From Bacteriovoracaceae bacterium (GTDB taxonomy: Bacteria; Bdellovibrionota; Bacteriovoracia; Bacteriovoracales; Bacteriovoracaceae): DNA of 21,049 nucleotides. This document shows positions 8,412 to 17,033 of this stretch, in pieces. The position numbers were made by a program, and so were the translations under genes. The notes beneath the pieces are model-generated. The model did no database searches. It saw nothing but the letters and a program-made list of their open reading frames with translations, and was not told the DNA's origin. Within the stretch, counting starts at the first letter, position 1; each line of letters begins with the position of its first letter. The stretch spans positions 1 through 21,049 of the forward strand of contig JBFGZE010000060.1 in NCBI GenBank assembly GCA_041586955.1, given 5' to 3'.

Positions 8412-8608
8412 AAAACTATTGACTAACTCCTAAGTTGTGAAGAATTAAGACATAAGATTCTACCGTCAAGGGGAATGCCTCTAAATAAAGTCAGTTTGAA
8501 CTCAAGCTCTTGGTTCATTTCACCTAAAATTAATACCTTAAAGTTAGTTTTATCATATCAAGCTATAATCCGATAAAGGTGTAAGAACTAACTTAGGATG
8601 ATTTTGAT

Positions 8609-10600
8609 TTGAAAACACTACCATTATTGATCTTCATTTTACTTTTTACGCTCGGCTGTTCTGGGAAAAAGAATAGCTCCAAAGCGATGTTTAATATTAT
8701 CTCATTAGGTCATTTAACCTCTGCTGATTATTCTGGGGGGATGATGCTCTATGGAAAGAATCACGATGATGGGGCCGCTTTTTCTCGTATATTATCGTCC
8801 GAAGCTGACTTTTCGTTCCCCCTGGACAATGGACATTATGACTTTCATATCATCATGTGGGATGGAGCTTCCGGTCATTTTACGGGGGATGCTTTTTGCG
8901 GGAACATCCAAGGCATCATTTTAAACGGTGGTGAGACACCGATTAATATCTATATGTCGAAAGAAAGATGCGCTAATCAATTGGTCAATGGCGCTTCTGT
9001 ATCAATCAATGGCAATAATGATCTGGCGCAATTAGATTTTAGAAGTTGTACTGACAATGCGTTGGCAGCGATTATAACTTTTTCCCCGAATGACTGTACC
9101 AATGGAAATGCCGGTGACATTCAATCTTTTAAAATTTCACTTCTTGAATACCAAGGGGATAAGAGTTCAGTGAACGATTACCTCACCAGTGAATGTATTT
9201 CAAGCTTTGACGGCACAGGTCTGCGCTTTCCCACAGGTAATGGTGCCAATCAATTCTTCGCGACAAAACTGCAGTATTTCTCGGATACTTCCTGTGGCAG
9301 TTCATTGGCCAATGTGATTTACCCTAACTCTTTGTCCAATCCAGCGAACCCAAATGACACCTCACTATTCTATAATTCAGCGGGAACAAATTATCTTCTC
9401 TTTGATGATATCGGTCTCCCCGGTAGTGCGGCCCAAGGACCGTCTCCATTCGTCTCCACCTGGCAAACCACCACTGCTGCGGAAAGTATCACCCTGCCTC
9501 TGCGTAGTGGGTACAATTATAATTTTACCGTTGACTGGGGAGATGGTTCCCCTGCTGATACGGTCACTTCAGATACAGACCTCGACAAGACTCATACTTA
9601 CGCCAGCCCTGGAACCTATAACGTCTCCATTACCGGTACCGTAGAGGCGTGGTTTTTTAATAATAGTGGCGATAAAGATAAGATTATTTCTGTAACGGAC
9701 CTTGGGGATATGGGTTGGCTCAACCTTGAAAATGCTTTTTGGGGCTGCTCTAATATGACTTCGTTTGCTGGTGGTAATACGGCCAATGTCACGAGCATGG
9801 GAAGCATGTTCCGTCAGGCCACCCTCTTAAACTCGCTGGATCTTTCCAGCTTTGATACCGCCTTGGTCACCGATATGGGCTCTATGTTTAAGGATTCCCC
9901 CGCTCTTACTTCCCTGGATTTATCCGGCTTTGATACCAGCAGTGTCATTAATATGAGTGCGATGTTTTTAAATGCCTCCGGACTATCCAATTTGAACCTC
10001 TCTGGCCTCAACACCGCCAATGTCAACACAATGCAATGGATGTTTCAGGGGGCTTCCAGTTTAACCTCGTTGGATCTATCAAGCTTTAATACCTCTAGTG
10101 TCACCGATATGAGCTTTATGTTTCGCGATGCCTCTAGCTTAACCTCACTGGATTTATCCGGTTTTAATACCACAAATGTCACTAAAATGAACTGGATGTT
10201 TTATAATGCCTCCAACTTACCCTCGTTGGATCTATCAATCTTTGATACCTCTAGTGTCACCGATATGAGCTTTATGTTTTATGGCACCACCAGTTTGAAC
10301 TCCCTGGATCTCTCCAGTTTTAATACCGCAAATGTCACCACTATGCAGAGTATGTTTTATAGTGCCTCCAGCTTGGCCAGCATGAATCTCTCTCATTTTA
10401 ATACAACCAGTGTCACCAATATGAGCAATATGTTTCGCAGCACAGCTTCATTAACGGCCCTGGACACCACCGGATGGGATATTTCTTCTGCCGGCACCAG
10501 CACCGATGTCTTCACAGGAGCAAACATCGGTCTTAGTGTCAGCTGTGATCAGGGTGGTCTCCCCGGCACCGGAAGTTTCTTTGGTAAAACCTGCTATTAA
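8609..10600 (+). CDS. BspA-family / DUF285 surface lipoprotein with a PKD-like domain
   Basis: 663 aa; lipobox-like FTLG-C; Cys-rich N-terminal region; PFVSTWQTT..YNFTVDWGDGS..HTYASPGTYNVSITG (PKD-like); nine 26-aa DUF285-type repeats. Confidence 0.88.
   Translation: MKTLPLLIFILLFTLGCSGKKNSSKAMFNIISLGHLTSADYSGGMMLYGKNHDDGAAFSRILSSEADFSFPLDNGHYDFHIIMWDGASGHFTGDAFCGNIQGIILNGGETPINIYMSKERCANQLVNGASVSINGNNDLAQLDFRSCTDNALAAIITFSPNDCTNGNAGDIQSFKISLLEYQGDKSSVNDYLTSECISSFDGTGLRFPTGNGANQFFATKLQYFSDTSCGSSLANVIYPNSLSNPANPNDTSLFYNSAGTNYLLFDDIGLPGSAAQGPSPFVSTWQTTTAAESITLPLRSGYNYNFTVDWGDGSPADTVTSDTDLDKTHTYASPGTYNVSITGTVEAWFFNNSGDKDKIISVTDLGDMGWLNLENAFWGCSNMTSFAGGNTANVTSMGSMFRQATLLNSLDLSSFDTALVTDMGSMFKDSPALTSLDLSGFDTSSVINMSAMFLNASGLSNLNLSGLNTANVNTMQWMFQGASSLTSLDLSSFNTSSVTDMSFMFRDASSLTSLDLSGFNTTNVTKMNWMFYNASNLPSLDLSIFDTSSVTDMSFMFYGTTSLNSLDLSSFNTANVTTMQSMFYSASSLASMNLSHFNTTSVTNMSNMFRSTASLTALDTTGWDISSAGTSTDVFTGANIGLSVSCDQGGLPGTGSFFGKTCY
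9776..10477 (+). repeat. Nine tandem 78-bp (26-aa) coding repeats, DUF285/BspA leucine-rich type
   Basis: Consensus [N/D]TsnVTdMsxMFxxAssLtSLDLSxF repeated in frame nine times. Confidence 0.9.
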
Positions 10601-10723
10601 AATCGGATCCCCAAAAAAGAATTGATAGGCCTCTCATGTCTTTAGTAGAAGTCCCTTATGACACAAGGCAACCAACACAATAAATCAGAAACTGATCTGC
10701 GATAATACGGCAGAGCATAAAAT

Positions 10724-10752
10724 TTGCTTCTTAATGATTTCTAAGCAAGAAT
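10724..10752 (+). promoter_or_regulatory. Possible sigma70-like promoter/operator of the hppD-paa operon
   Basis: TTGCTT-N17-AAGAAT, overlapped by the inverted repeat TTGCTT(10724-10729)...AAGCAA(10743-10748). Confidence 0.35.
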
Positions 10753-10799
10753 ATGGCCCTAAATAACAAATCAACTAATTGTTTATGAAGAGGCCCATC

Positions 10800-11867
10800 A
10801 TGACCACTCAAATCAATCCAGAAAACCCCTTGGGTATCAAGGCAATTGACCATTTAGAATTCTGTTGCGACCAATTAGATACACCGACTAAAGAATTATT
10901 TTATACGTTTGGTTTTGCTAAAACTTTTAGTAATGACCAAGAAGAATTATTTACCCAAGGGCAAGTGCGCTTTCTCCTATCGGCGAAAAAAGATGGCCAT
11001 GCCCGCCAATATTTTAACAAGCACGGCGAAGGTGTCAGTACTCTATCCTTTCTGGTTGAAGATGTGGGCCACGCTCTCAAGGAGGCCCGAACTCGAGGAG
11101 CAGAAGTCTTGCAAGAAGTCCAAATGGTAGAGAGCAAGCATGGCGTTTATAAGACCGCCCGTATTCAAGGCTTTGGTGATGTTCAAAATGAATTTGTCGA
11201 GCGACCCATGGCCCATTTCCGCCCCGAACTCAAATCCCTGGCCCTTGACTCCAAGGCGCGTCCCCTCGCCTCTCGCGTCGCACGTATTGATCACCTCACC
11301 AATAATGTGCCGAAAGGAGAAATGGATCAATGGGTGGATTTCTATAAACGTATTTTTGGTTTTAAAGAAACTCGATACTTTGATATCAAAGGCGTTAAAA
11401 CTGGCCTGCAATCAAAAGTGGTACAATTGCCAAATGGAGTGGTGATCATTCCTATTAATGAACCCGAGGCCAAAGATGGAAAATCACAGATCCAGGAATT
11501 CCTCGACCTCCATAAAGGCGCTGGCGTTCAGCATATTGCCCTGACCTGCTCTAATATTATTGAAACAGTAAAGGACCTAAGACAACGAGATATTAAATTT
11601 CTCGATATCCCCGCGACCTATTATGAAGATATTCCCAAACGAAATTTCAAAGTGGAAGAGGACCTCAAAGTTTTAGAGGACACTCAATTATTAGTTGATG
11701 GTGACCCCGAAGGCTACCTCATTCAAAACTTTACTCAAACCTATATTGGCCCACTTTTCTTTGAGTTTATTCAAAGGAAAAACCATAATGGCTTTGGAGA
11801 AGGAAATTTCCAGGCACTCTTTGATGCCATCGAACGCGACCAAGTCAAACGCGGCTATTTGGAGTAA
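10800..11867 (+). CDS. hppD: 4-hydroxyphenylpyruvate dioxygenase
   Basis: ENPLGIKAIDHLEF, Fe ligands in IDHLTNNV / GVQHIA / FFEFIQRK, and GFGEGNFQALFDAIERDQ. Start taken at ATG 10800 (GAGG RBS) rather than TTG 10779. Confidence 0.95.
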   Translation: MTTQINPENPLGIKAIDHLEFCCDQLDTPTKELFYTFGFAKTFSNDQEELFTQGQVRFLLSAKKDGHARQYFNKHGEGVSTLSFLVEDVGHALKEARTRGAEVLQEVQMVESKHGVYKTARIQGFGDVQNEFVERPMAHFRPELKSLALDSKARPLASRVARIDHLTNNVPKGEMDQWVDFYKRIFGFKETRYFDIKGVKTGLQSKVVQLPNGVVIIPINEPEAKDGKSQIQEFLDLHKGAGVQHIALTCSNIIETVKDLRQRDIKFLDIPATYYEDIPKRNFKVEEDLKVLEDTQLLVDGDPEGYLIQNFTQTYIGPLFFEFIQRKNHNGFGEGNFQALFDAIERDQVKRGYLE

Positions 11868-11869
11868 TT

Positions 11870-12649
11870 ATGGAAACCATCATCGTTGAAAAACATTGGC
11901 GCGATAACCAGCACCTCACTTTGATTCGCATCAATCGTCCCAAGGTGCTCAACGCTCTCAATAATACGGTCATGCAAGAGATTGTTCAGACACTTGAAGA
12001 ATTAGAGAAGGCCAATGATCATTATCTGACAATCCTCACTGGTGATGACCGCGCTTTCGCCGCTGGTGCAGATATCGCCAGTATGAAAGATGACTCGGCG
12101 GTGGACCAATACCTCGGCACACGCGCCCAATTATGGAAACGCTTTAACCTTATTCGCAAACCTATTATCGCTGCCGTTAATGGCCTTTGCCTAGGCGGTG
12201 GTAATGAATTGGCGATGGCCTGTGATCTTATTATTGCCGGAGATCAGGCGAAGTTTGGCCAGCCAGAAATCAAATTAGGACTTATGCCCGGTGCCGGTGG
12301 TACCCAACGCTTAGTCAAGGCGATTGGTAAAGCACGGGCCATGCGCTTATGCCTTACCGGTGAAATGATTAACGCCGAGACTGCTTTTTCGTGGGGTCTT
12401 TTATCAAAAGTTGTTCCTGCCAATACCTTATTGCAAGAAACTTTTGAGATGGCAAAAAGCATTTGTCAGCAGCCCCCCCTCGCCGGCCGCATGATCAAAG
12501 AAAGTGTCAACCATAGCTTTGAATCTTCTTTGGCCCAAGGCCTAGATTTTGAACGCCGACTTTTTTATTTAACCTTTGCCACTCAAGATCAAAAAGAAGG
12601 AATCAATGCCTTTCTTGAAAAACGCCAACCCCAATTTAAAGGACAATAG
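11870..12649 (+). CDS. paaF: Enoyl-CoA hydratase, PaaF-like (2,3-dehydroadipyl-CoA hydratase)
   Basis: Crotonase fold: NRPKVLNALN, FAAGADI, GGGNELAMACD, QPEIKLG, PGAGGTQRL; paa context. Confidence 0.85.
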   Translation: METIIVEKHWRDNQHLTLIRINRPKVLNALNNTVMQEIVQTLEELEKANDHYLTILTGDDRAFAAGADIASMKDDSAVDQYLGTRAQLWKRFNLIRKPIIAAVNGLCLGGGNELAMACDLIIAGDQAKFGQPEIKLGLMPGAGGTQRLVKAIGKARAMRLCLTGEMINAETAFSWGLLSKVVPANTLLQETFEMAKSICQQPPLAGRMIKESVNHSFESSLAQGLDFERRLFYLTFATQDQKEGINAFLEKRQPQFKGQ

Positions 12650-13438
12650 ATGAGCGATTACCAATGGATTCAAGTGGAGCTCCAGGGCGCGACACAAATC
12701 ATCACGATCAATAGACCCGACGTCTATAACGCCCTTAATAAAGATTCGAAAATCGAAATCATACGAGCAATCCGTCAGGCCAATAAAAATAATGAGGTCC
12801 GCTCTATCATACTAACTGGCAATGGCAAGGCCTTTTGTACCGGCCAGGACCTAAACGACCGCTCAATTTCTAGCGATGAAGGCCCAGTTGACCTTGGTAA
12901 AACATTAGAAACCGAATGGAATCCTCTGATCAACGCTATCCGCGATTCCAAAAAAATTATGATTGGCGCCATTAATGGTGTCTGCGCTGGCGCCGGTCTT
13001 TCCGTTGCCTTGGCCTGTGACATAATCCTCGCCAAAGAAGGCAGTCAATTTATTAGTGCCTTTTCTAAATTGGGCCTGGCCCCGGATGCCGGCAGCTCCT
13101 ATATCTTTGTGCGCCAAATAGGCTATCACCGCACCTTAGAATTCTTCCTCCTCAACCACCCCCTTCTGGCCGAGGAAATGGAAAAATCAGGACTTATCAA
13201 CCGCGCCTGTAGCGAACCCCTGACTGAGGCCTTAGAATATGCCGAGAAAATTAATCAATTGGCGCCTTTATCCACTGAGTCAATCAAGAGCAATTTATTA
13301 AAGGCCCAGGATGTCAACTTTGAACAAAGTATGCTAAATGAAACCTACACCCAGCGCTTTCTCAGTAATAGCGCGGACTATCAAGAGGGGCTCAAGGCCT
13401 TTTTTGAAAAAAGACCACCTCAATTTGGTGGCCATTAA
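12650..13438 (+). CDS. paaG: Ring-1,2-epoxyphenylacetyl-CoA isomerase, PaaG-like
   Basis: Crotonase fold with FCTGQDL, GAGLSVALACD and GLAPDAG (PaaG-type Asp, lacks the hydratase Glu pair); follows paaF. Confidence 0.85.
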   Translation: MSDYQWIQVELQGATQIITINRPDVYNALNKDSKIEIIRAIRQANKNNEVRSIILTGNGKAFCTGQDLNDRSISSDEGPVDLGKTLETEWNPLINAIRDSKKIMIGAINGVCAGAGLSVALACDIILAKEGSQFISAFSKLGLAPDAGSSYIFVRQIGYHRTLEFFLLNHPLLAEEMEKSGLINRACSEPLTEALEYAEKINQLAPLSTESIKSNLLKAQDVNFEQSMLNETYTQRFLSNSADYQEGLKAFFEKRPPQFGGH

Positions 13439-13471
13439 ATAAAATCATTAAATGCTTGAGGAGACAATGAT

Positions 13472-14281
13472 ATGGCAACACAAGAATACAGTGCAGAAGA
13501 ATTACAATTATTCCAAGACATTAAAAATGGAAAAACTTTTGATAAAGGTGAAGAACTTCCTGCCATCTACAAAAAAAATCTCATTAATTTATTGTGGATG
13601 CAAGGTGACTCCGAATATTCAGGTGCCCTTGGTTATATGCCCTGGATTGAGAAGGCTCCTAGCGTTCAGGAAAAATTATTAGTCGCACAAATCGTCAAAG
13701 ATGAAATGCGCCACGCCTCTGTCATTTACCGTATGCTTAATGAATTAGGCGAGAATCCAGAAGATCATGTGAAAAAAGTAGACCTAGGTTTTAAACTAGA
13801 AGAAGATGAAATCAATATTGGCTTTAAAAGAGTAAAAGACGATTACCGTGTCAATATCTTCTATTATAATATTAAATATTGGACAGACTTTATCCTTTTC
13901 AATTTTCTTATGGATCGCGCTGCTGGTCACCAATTGGAAGACACCCTCGATTCAAGCTACCTTCCCTGGAAAAAAGGGATTGAAGGAATTTACAAAGAGG
14001 AAGTCATGCACCTCACCCATGGAGATAAATGGGTCAAGATTCTTGCCAAAGATCCAAAAGATAAAGAATTTCTTCAAGAAAGACTGAACCTTTGGTGGCC
14101 TCGTGTTATGAATGTCTTTGGTAAATCAAAAGGTGGCGCTAATAGTATCTACGTCAACTTAGGTCTCAAACGCCGCAATAACGATGTCGTTCGCAAAATC
14201 TTTGTCGACGAAATCCAAACACTTTGTGATGAAGTTGGCCTTATTGTTCCTGAGTGGAATGAAAGCGATTACTTAAACTAA
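13472..14281 (+). CDS. paaA: PaaA-like ferritin-fold di-iron aryl-CoA epoxidase/monooxygenase (PaaA/PaaC family)
   Basis: 269 aa; YKKNLINLL..QGDSEYSG, WIEKAP, DEMRH, MDRAA..QL, SSYLPW, EEVMHLTHG, WWPRVMNVFG; GAGGAG RBS. Confidence 0.75.
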   Translation: MATQEYSAEELQLFQDIKNGKTFDKGEELPAIYKKNLINLLWMQGDSEYSGALGYMPWIEKAPSVQEKLLVAQIVKDEMRHASVIYRMLNELGENPEDHVKKVDLGFKLEEDEINIGFKRVKDDYRVNIFYYNIKYWTDFILFNFLMDRAAGHQLEDTLDSSYLPWKKGIEGIYKEEVMHLTHGDKWVKILAKDPKDKEFLQERLNLWWPRVMNVFGKSKGGANSIYVNLGLKRRNNDVVRKIFVDEIQTLCDEVGLIVPEWNESDYLN

Positions 14282-14297
14282 ACCTCTAGGAGTTTCC

Positions 14298-15155
14298 ATG
14301 GATATCAATTCCGCGGCAATAATCGGCGCGGGCACCATGGGTAGTGGTATCGCCCAATGGATGGCCCAAGCTGGTTGCCAGGTATTTCTTTGCGACGCAT
14401 TTCCCGAGCAGGCGGATAAGGCCTTAACGCTTATTCATGCCTCGTGGGATAAATTATTAAGCAAAAAAAAATTTAGCGCCGATCAAATTAAAAACTTCAA
14501 AGAACACTTATCCATTGGTGAGATTGAAAGCATTCCCACCACAACGGACTTAGTGATTGAAGCAATCATTGAGCGTGAAGATATTAAACAAGAGCTCTTC
14601 CAAAAATTGGATCAGCAATTGCCAGCGTCGACCATTTTCGCCAGCAATACGAGCAGTATCCCTATTGACCGCTTAGCGCTTAATTTTTCCAAAGAGCGTA
14701 AGGCGCGCTTTTTAGGGATTCACTTTTTTAACCCTGCCACCATTATGAAATTAGTGGAGCTGATTAAAGGGACTCATACCGATGAGGGCCTAATCAACGG
14801 TCTCTATCAATGGTTTGATTCTAAGGCCAAAATTCCCGCCATTTGCCAGGACTCACCAGGCTTTATCGTCAATCGCGTGGCCCGTAGTTTTTATGGGGAA
14901 TCCTTGCGCATCGTCAATCATTTGGACCGAGATTTGGTGGCCAAAACAGATAAGGTATTAAGAGAAGTTGGCGGCTTTAAAATGGGCCCTTTTGAGTTAA
15001 TGGACCTGATTGGTATCGACGTTAATTATTCAGTGACCGAATCAGTGTGGAAATCATTTTATCACGACCCACGTTTTGCCCCCCATCCTCTCCAAAGAAA
15101 GATGGTAGAATCTGGCCTTATTGGTAAAAAGGCAGAGGGAGGATTTTATGAGTGA
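14298..15155 (+). CDS. paaH: 3-hydroxyacyl(adipyl)-CoA dehydrogenase, NAD-binding/catalytic half of PaaH
   Basis: GAGTMGSGIA, EAIIE, ASNTSS, GIHFFNPA, DSPGFIVNR, MGPFELMDLIGIDVN. Confidence 0.9.
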   Translation: MDINSAAIIGAGTMGSGIAQWMAQAGCQVFLCDAFPEQADKALTLIHASWDKLLSKKKFSADQIKNFKEHLSIGEIESIPTTTDLVIEAIIEREDIKQELFQKLDQQLPASTIFASNTSSIPIDRLALNFSKERKARFLGIHFFNPATIMKLVELIKGTHTDEGLINGLYQWFDSKAKIPAICQDSPGFIVNRVARSFYGESLRIVNHLDRDLVAKTDKVLREVGGFKMGPFELMDLIGIDVNYSVTESVWKSFYHDPRFAPHPLQRKMVESGLIGKKAEGGFYE

Positions 15156-15822
15156 AAACCCAATCATCGTTCTTGCCACAAAAAATCACCCCCTTTATGA
15201 AGATCTAAAAAAGGCCTCTGTCATGTTCTGTGATCCAGAACTAGAAGAGCCCTTTGAACGCAAAAGAGGTAATTACCTCAAAGCGCAGGCGATCTTAGAC
15301 TTTACCCTGCAATCATCGGATAAAAAAGAAGCGCTCATCCGCTACCTCAGTATGGAGTTTCAAGCGCCTATTATCAGTGACCTGACGCTTTATTGGGGCG
15401 AAAAATTATTCGTCAAATACCCCAACCTAAAAGGAGCGATTGGTGCGGCCTTTTATTCGCCAAAAAATTGTTATGAGTTTTTTAGTCAAAACCAAGAATT
15501 GACAGATCTTATGGCAAAGGTGATGGGCGAGATTGGCCATCAAATTATATCTGTCGATCGGCCAGGCCTGGGATTTACCTATCCACGAGTCATTAGCATG
15601 ATAATCAATGAGGCCTATATCGCCAAAGATGATCGCCTCGCGAGTGAAGATGATATTGACCGTGCCATGAAGTTCGGTGTGAATTATCCACTAGGCCCTT
15701 TTGCCTGGGCCAGAGAAATTGGTACCTGGAAAATCGTTCATCTTTTGGATGAATTATTTAAAGTCTACCAAGACCCACGCTATCGAGTGGCCCCGTCTCT
15801 GCGACTAGAGGCCTTTCAATAA
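15148..15822 (+). CDS. 3-hydroxyacyl-CoA dehydrogenase C-terminal-domain protein (second half of a split PaaH)
   Basis: ATG at 15148 with GGAGG RBS, overlapping the paaH stop; PGL..PRVISMIINEA, DIDRAMKFGVNYPLGPF, YQDPRYR. Confidence 0.85.
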   Translation: MSENPIIVLATKNHPLYEDLKKASVMFCDPELEEPFERKRGNYLKAQAILDFTLQSSDKKEALIRYLSMEFQAPIISDLTLYWGEKLFVKYPNLKGAIGAAFYSPKNCYEFFSQNQELTDLMAKVMGEIGHQIISVDRPGLGFTYPRVISMIINEAYIAKDDRLASEDDIDRAMKFGVNYPLGPFAWAREIGTWKIVHLLDELFKVYQDPRYRVAPSLRLEAFQ

Positions 15823-15833
15823 AGGAATAAATC

Positions 15834-17033
15834 ATGAAGCCAAGTTATATTATTTACGCCAAAAGAACACCTCTTGGAAAAATCGGAGGACTTCTTGCCC
15901 CGGTGAGAGTCGACGATCTAATGGCCCATCTTATTAGTGACTTTAAAGATCAAATGACCTTTGACCCTAAAGAAATTGATGACGTGATGGTGGGCTGTGC
16001 CAACCAAGCAGGAGAAGATAACCGCAATGTCGCGCGTATGAGCTCCCTTTTGGGCGGACTTCCCTTTGAAGTCCCAGGCACCACGTTGAATCGTCTTTGT
16101 GGCTCTTCTCTTGATGCCGCCATGGGCGCCGCCGCTCGCATTTCTTCAGGACTGGCCGATTGTATCGTGGTGGGTGGATGCGAATCCATGACCAGAGGCC
16201 CTTTAGTCCTCTCCAAAGCATCAACAGCATTTGGCCGTGACTCAAAAATGTATGATACTACTTTTGGTTGGCGCTTTCCCAACCCTAAGATGAAAGAACT
16301 CTTCCCGCTCTTTGGCATGGGAGAAACTGCCGAAGAAGTCGCTGAATTGCTTAATATCTCACGCCAGGATCAAGATGCCTATGCTTTGAATAGTCATCAA
16401 AAAGCGACTAAGGCATGGGATAGCGGGGCCTTCAAGGACGAAATCGTCCCGATCGAAGTCAAACTCAGGAAAACAAATTATATTGTCGACCGCGATGAAG
16501 GGCCAAGGCCCGATACCAGTCTTGAAAAATTGGCCAAACTCAGACCGGCCTTCCGCCAGGGAGGTAGTGTCACGGCCGGAAACTCCAGTATGATGAACGA
16601 TGGAGCCGCTTTAGTCGTCATTGTCAGTGAAGAGTTCCTCAAAAAGCATAACCTCACTCCGATGGTGGCCATTGAGGCCGCTGCTGTTCGCGGTGTTCAT
16701 CCCAATACCATGGGACTAGGCCCAGTCGAGGCGACCCGTACCCTATGCCACCGCTTTGGAAAAAAAGTCTCCGATTTTGATGTCATTGAATTAAATGAGG
16801 CCTTTTCCGCGCAATCGCTTGGTTGTATTCGCCAATTAGATTTAGATCCCAATAAAATTAACTTAAACGGCGGAGCAATCGCGATTGGCCATCCTCTAGG
16901 ATGCTCTGGTGCACGTATCCTCACTACTCTAACTCATATTATGGCGAAAAATGCCAATTACAAACAAGGCCTCGCCACAATGTGTATTGGCGTTGGTCAA
17001 GGGATTGCCCTGTCTGTAAGGAATTGTCGTTGA
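15834..17033 (+). CDS. paaJ: 3-oxoadipyl-CoA / 3-oxo-5,6-dehydrosuberyl-CoA thiolase (PaaJ/PcaF type)
   Basis: GCANQAGEDNRNVARM, NRLCGSS, DTTFGWRFPN, NEAF, GHPLGCSG, MCIGVGQG. Confidence 0.92.
   Translation: MKPSYIIYAKRTPLGKIGGLLAPVRVDDLMAHLISDFKDQMTFDPKEIDDVMVGCANQAGEDNRNVARMSSLLGGLPFEVPGTTLNRLCGSSLDAAMGAAARISSGLADCIVVGGCESMTRGPLVLSKASTAFGRDSKMYDTTFGWRFPNPKMKELFPLFGMGETAEEVAELLNISRQDQDAYALNSHQKATKAWDSGAFKDEIVPIEVKLRKTNYIVDRDEGPRPDTSLEKLAKLRPAFRQGGSVTAGNSSMMNDGAALVVIVSEEFLKKHNLTPMVAIEAAAVRGVHPNTMGLGPVEATRTLCHRFGKKVSDFDVIELNEAFSAQSLGCIRQLDLDPNKINLNGGAIAIGHPLGCSGARILTTLTHIMAKNANYKQGLATMCIGVGQGIALSVRNCR

Noticed and set aside
8539..8576. Full sigma-28 promoter for the BspA gene
   Set aside because: TCCGATAA is present but no TAAA lies at 15-16 nt spacing, so it is not listed as a feature.
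9776..10477. 78-bp periodic repeats as a CRISPR array or DGR template/variable repeat pair
   Set aside because: The repeats are in-frame, degenerate at synonymous sites and lack unique spacers; no cas or reverse transcriptase gene is in the window.
15121..15155. paaH as a frameshifted pseudogene
   Set aside because: The second ORF has a strong GGAGG RBS and an ATG with a typical coupled overlap; both halves look intact.
10901..16924. Many short alternative ORFs inside the hppD-paa operon
   Set aside because: They overlap conserved enzymes on the opposite strand or in another frame, with no independent support.
16901..17029. N-terminal 43 aa of the 186-aa ORF-track protein
   Set aside because: It overlaps the thiolase C-terminus; DUF523 similarity begins only after TTG 17030.
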